DNA from: Fidelibacterota bacterium
Lineage (GTDB): Bacteria > Fidelibacterota > UBA2242
Length of the DNA stretch: 63,771 bases
Direction of reading: 5' to 3'
NCBI GenBank assembly: GCA_049975265.1
Contig: JBNGDF010000004.1
Location: 1 to 63,771 of the forward strand
Shown here: positions 60,767-63,771 of the stretch, in pieces
Position numbering within the stretch: the stretch's first letter is position 1
Layout: every line of letters begins with the position of its first letter
The notes under the pieces: model-generated
Told to the model about the DNA's origin: nothing
What the model saw: the letters and a program-made list of their open reading frames with translations, nothing else
The model's database searches: none
Program-made: the position numbers and the translations under genes

Positions 60767-62011
60767 ATGTACGCATACGGTCCGGTTCCCTCCAGACGAT
60801 TGGGACGACCCATCGGCGTCAGTCCGATTCCGCCCAAGGTCTGCTCCTATTCCTGTGTCTATTGCCAACTGGGACGAACCTCAAAGTTACAGGTGAAGCG
60901 GCAGCGCTTTTTTCCGAAAGAGGAGATCCTGCAGGATATAAGAAGGGTGATGAGTTCGGAAACTGCCGACGTAATCACCTTTGTCGGTGATGGTGAGCCG
61001 ACTCTTTGCAGCGATTTGGGGTGGCTCATACAGAAGGCGAAGCAGGAATTTGGTTTGCCAACGGCTGTTATTACCAACGGATCGCTGCTGTTTCACAGTG
61101 ATATTCAGTCCGAACTGCTGGCGGCGGATATTGTAATTCCCACGCTGGATGCCGGCAATCCGATGGTTTTCAGGGAGATCAACCGTCCCCACCGCGCGGT
61201 GGAATTTTACAAAATGGTGACCGGGCTGGCAGATTTTCGACGACAATATGACGGACAATTCTGGTTGGAAGTGATGCTGGTGAAAAACCTTAATGATTCC
61301 GATGAACAGCTAACAATGATCCAAAATGTCGTGAAGGAGATTCAGCCGGAAAAGGTGTTTGTAATGACACCGATCCGTCCGCCGGCTGAGATCTGGGTCA
61401 AAAGCCCCGATCCGGAACGGGTTCAGGTAGCCCAGCAGATGCTGGTGAATGCTGTAACCGTGGCAAACCCGGAAGACGGCGAGTTCGGAATTACGGAATT
61501 TGCCAATGCCACTGAGGCGATTCTGGAAATCTCGGCCCGGCATCCATTACGAATGGATCAGGCGAAAAAAATTGAACAAAAATTTGCCGAAGACGGAACT
61601 GTCGAGCGACTGCTCCGGGAAAATCAAATTACCCTGAATCGCTACCATCACGTCGATTACATTCGCCTGGTGCGGTTACAGGCCAAATCAGGAAAAAAGG
61701 CAAGACGGTCTGTAGAACTTGCCATTAAGCGGATCAATTGTTGTACCTTTCGGATTACTGTCGATTCAGAGGTGCAGAAGCGGCAATATCGTGTGATTCT
61801 CGGGGATGCGTATTACAACAATCTGGCAAGGGGGAAGATGAGCAAGGAGCATCTGCTGGAGTACTGTTTTCGCTACTTTGCGGATAATCAGTTGCTGGAT
61901 CAACTGGAGCCGAAATTTATACTCAGAAATGTTTGTCGAGAGCATCCCGAATTTGAAAAAGGAATTCATGCGATCATTAACGCCGGGAGGAATACAGACG
62001 ATGCGAATTAA
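60767..62011 (+). CDS. Radical SAM protein (COG0731/TYW1-related) with a C-terminal extra domain
   Basis: YGPVPSRRLG, CSYSCVYC, GDGEPTL, ITNGSL, EVMLV..LND, PIRPPAE. Confidence 0.9.
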   Translation: MYAYGPVPSRRLGRPIGVSPIPPKVCSYSCVYCQLGRTSKLQVKRQRFFPKEEILQDIRRVMSSETADVITFVGDGEPTLCSDLGWLIQKAKQEFGLPTAVITNGSLLFHSDIQSELLAADIVIPTLDAGNPMVFREINRPHRAVEFYKMVTGLADFRRQYDGQFWLEVMLVKNLNDSDEQLTMIQNVVKEIQPEKVFVMTPIRPPAEIWVKSPDPERVQVAQQMLVNAVTVANPEDGEFGITEFANATEAILEISARHPLRMDQAKKIEQKFAEDGTVERLLRENQITLNRYHHVDYIRLVRLQAKSGKKARRSVELAIKRINCCTFRITVDSEVQKRQYRVILGDAYYNNLARGKMSKEHLLEYCFRYFADNQLLDQLEPKFILRNVCREHPEFEKGIHAIINAGRNTDDAN

Positions 62012-62639
62012 GATTGTTTATGATAACACCACGATACGGGAAGATTTACAGAGTGACTGGGGCTTTGCTGCCGTGGTTGAGACCGGAAAAAGGAATATTC
62101 TGTTTGACGCCGGCGCTGATGGTGATATCCTTTTATCGAATATGCAAAAAATGGGGTTGGATCCGGCACAGATTGATACGGTTTTTATTTCCCATCACCA
62201 TTTTGATCATACCGGTGGTTTGGCGGCATTTTTGGCAAAAAACAATCGGGTGGCACTCTGGGTTCCCGAAAGTTTGCGAGGGGTGCGCAATGCGGCATCG
62301 GTGACTCACGTTTCCGAGGCGATTGCCATTGATCATAATATTTTTTCCACTGGTGAGCTGAAGGGAATTGAACAGTCGCTGATCATAAAAACAGATAAAG
62401 GTATGATACTGCTTGTCGGCTGTTCGCATCCCGGGCTGGGTGCCATCATGAAGGCGGCGGAACCTTATGGTGATATCTATGCTGTTGTCGGTGGCTACCA
62501 TGGATTTCGACAATTTGAGCTACTAAAAGATGTTCAAAAAATCTGCCCGACTCACTGCACGCAGGCGATTGATGCATTGCGGAGGCTATATCCGGAAAAG
62601 TATATCGCCGGTGGTGTCGGAACGGTGATTGATTTTTAA
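62001..62639 (+). CDS. MBL-fold metallo-hydrolase (COG1237-type)
   Basis: WGFA, LFDAG, SHHHFDHTGG, EQSL, GCSHPG, GGYH, PTHCT. ATG 62001 follows GGAGG. Confidence 0.9.
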   Translation: MRIKIVYDNTTIREDLQSDWGFAAVVETGKRNILFDAGADGDILLSNMQKMGLDPAQIDTVFISHHHFDHTGGLAAFLAKNNRVALWVPESLRGVRNAASVTHVSEAIAIDHNIFSTGELKGIEQSLIIKTDKGMILLVGCSHPGLGAIMKAAEPYGDIYAVVGGYHGFRQFELLKDVQKICPTHCTQAIDALRRLYPEKYIAGGVGTVIDF

Positions 62640-62650
62640 TCTATTCTATT

Positions 62651-63286
62651 ATGCCGAAAATTAGACCCTTTGAAGAGCATACGACTCAATATGAGAGCTG
62701 GTTTAAGCGTCACGAGCTGACTTACCAATCGGAGCTGGCGGCTGAGCAGGAGATGATTCCCGACTCCGGAAAGGGGATCGAGATTGGCATCGGTAGCGGA
62801 CGTTTTGCGGCGCCTTTTAATATTCGTTACGGAATAGAACCCAGCTACCGGATGATCCGGCTGGCTGCCCGGAGAGGTGTCTGTGTTGCCCGGGGCGTGG
62901 CTGAATATCTTCCAATTCGTGATGGTCAGTTTGATTTTGCACTCATGGTTACGACGATCTGCTTTTTAGATGATGTTGGTCAGGCACTTCGGGAAGCGTA
63001 TCGCATACTTAAACCCGGAGGATCGATTATTATCGGTTTTGTGGACAAAAACAGTCGCTTGGGTAAACTTTATGAAAAAAACAGATTGAATAACGTTTTC
63101 TATCGGGATGCGACGTTTTTTTCAGTTGAAGAGGTCATCGATCACTTGAAGCAGGCTGGTTTCGGGGATTTTGAAATGAAGCAGACGGTTTTTCAGCCTT
63201 TGGATCGGGTGGTTGCTGTCAATCCTGTGGAGCAGGGATATGGCAAAGGGTCGTTTGTCGTGATAAGAGCAATGAGGAGTTTTTAG
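62651..63286 (+). CDS. Class I SAM-dependent methyltransferase
   Basis: EIGIGSGRF, GIEPS, AEYLP, RILKPGG. Confidence 0.9.
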   Translation: MPKIRPFEEHTTQYESWFKRHELTYQSELAAEQEMIPDSGKGIEIGIGSGRFAAPFNIRYGIEPSYRMIRLAARRGVCVARGVAEYLPIRDGQFDFALMVTTICFLDDVGQALREAYRILKPGGSIIIGFVDKNSRLGKLYEKNRLNNVFYRDATFFSVEEVIDHLKQAGFGDFEMKQTVFQPLDRVVAVNPVEQGYGKGSFVVIRAMRSF

Positions 63287-63360
63287 GTGATGGAAAAGGG
63301 ATTATATGGTTCTGACATATTACCAATGTGGCGAATCCGGGAACGGGGCGGGAGGAGTTA

Positions 63361-63615
63361 ATGCCGACGTATGAATATGAGTGTCAATCCTGTGGTTACC
63401 GGTTTGAGCAGTTTCAAAAGATGAGCGATTTGCCCGTTCTGGTCTGTCCGAAATGCGGTGCACCAGTGCGGAAATTGATCAGTGCGGGGACAGGAATAAT
63501 TTTCAAGGGGCAGGGCTTTTATGCGACCGATTATGGCAGACAATCCGGCGGAAGAACCTGTTGTGGAAGAACGACGCGCTGTGCAAAACCGCCCTGTTCG
63601 GGTGATGACGGATGA
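63361..63615 (+). CDS. FmdB-family zinc ribbon protein (CxxC_CxxC_SSSS) with a Cys-rich tail
   Basis: MPTYEYECQSCG..FE, CPKCG, IFKGQGFYATDY, GRTCCG...CAKPPC. GGAGG RBS. Confidence 0.9.
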   Translation: MPTYEYECQSCGYRFEQFQKMSDLPVLVCPKCGAPVRKLISAGTGIIFKGQGFYATDYGRQSGGRTCCGRTTRCAKPPCSGDDG

Positions 63616-63718
63616 GAGAAATTTCCTTACCATTTTTCCGGATCTTTCGCCGTTGCGATGCAGATCGTGAAGAATGCTGCCGAAAAAGTTACCATTATAA
63701 AAAAAGGGAGATTACACG

Positions 63719-63771
63719 ATGCCCTGGATAGATCAGAACTGCTGTACCGGATGCGGAATCTGTGTGGATGA
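63719..63771 (+). CDS. 4Fe-4S ferredoxin-domain protein, N-terminal part (truncated by the window end)
   Basis: GGGAG RBS, then MPWIDQNCCTGCGICVD(E). Confidence 0.75.
   Translation, partial: MPWIDQNCCTGCGICVD

Noticed and set aside
63616..63718. Possible gene remnant (MQIVKNAAEKVTII) between FmdB and the ferredoxin
   Set aside because: Too short and unspecific to assign.

Overview
This 63.8 kb window is chromosomal core genome from a probably anaerobic Gram-negative bacterium. The gene content and sequence style suggest the FCB group (Marinimicrobia/Calditrichota-like), which I infer and have not verified. From left to right: (1) three putative lipoproteins (beta-repeat, Ig+6xFn3, LamG); (2) a UroD-like gene paired with a homocysteine S-methyltransferase; (3) gmhB-ddl-UpxY-like NusG paralog-cysS, converging on a heptose kinase and a UDP-glucuronate epimerase; (4) a continuous ~32 kb superoperon with 4 tRNAs, tuf, rpmG, tRNA-Trp, secE, nusG, rplKAJL, rpoBC, and the str, S10, spc and alpha clusters, including two apparently identical tuf copies and an EF-G with a degenerate domain IV; (5) a GHL10-type hydrolase, an orphan Card1/Can2-like CARF protein with a degenerate nuclease site, an EamA transporter and a CBS-domain remnant; (6) a 13-gene Mrp/Mbx(MBS)-type complex-I-family operon ending in a NuoI-GltD fusion, headed by rex with a consensus Rex box; (7) a divergent DUF134/DUF5320/radical SAM/MBL/methyltransferase/FmdB/ferredoxin cluster with a paired palindromic operator candidate. 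The best candidates for new biology are the Rex-controlled Mbx-like complex lacking both NiFe and quinone ligands, the pseudo-nuclease CARF protein, and the divergent EF-G. I saw no CRISPR array, rRNA or mobile element.
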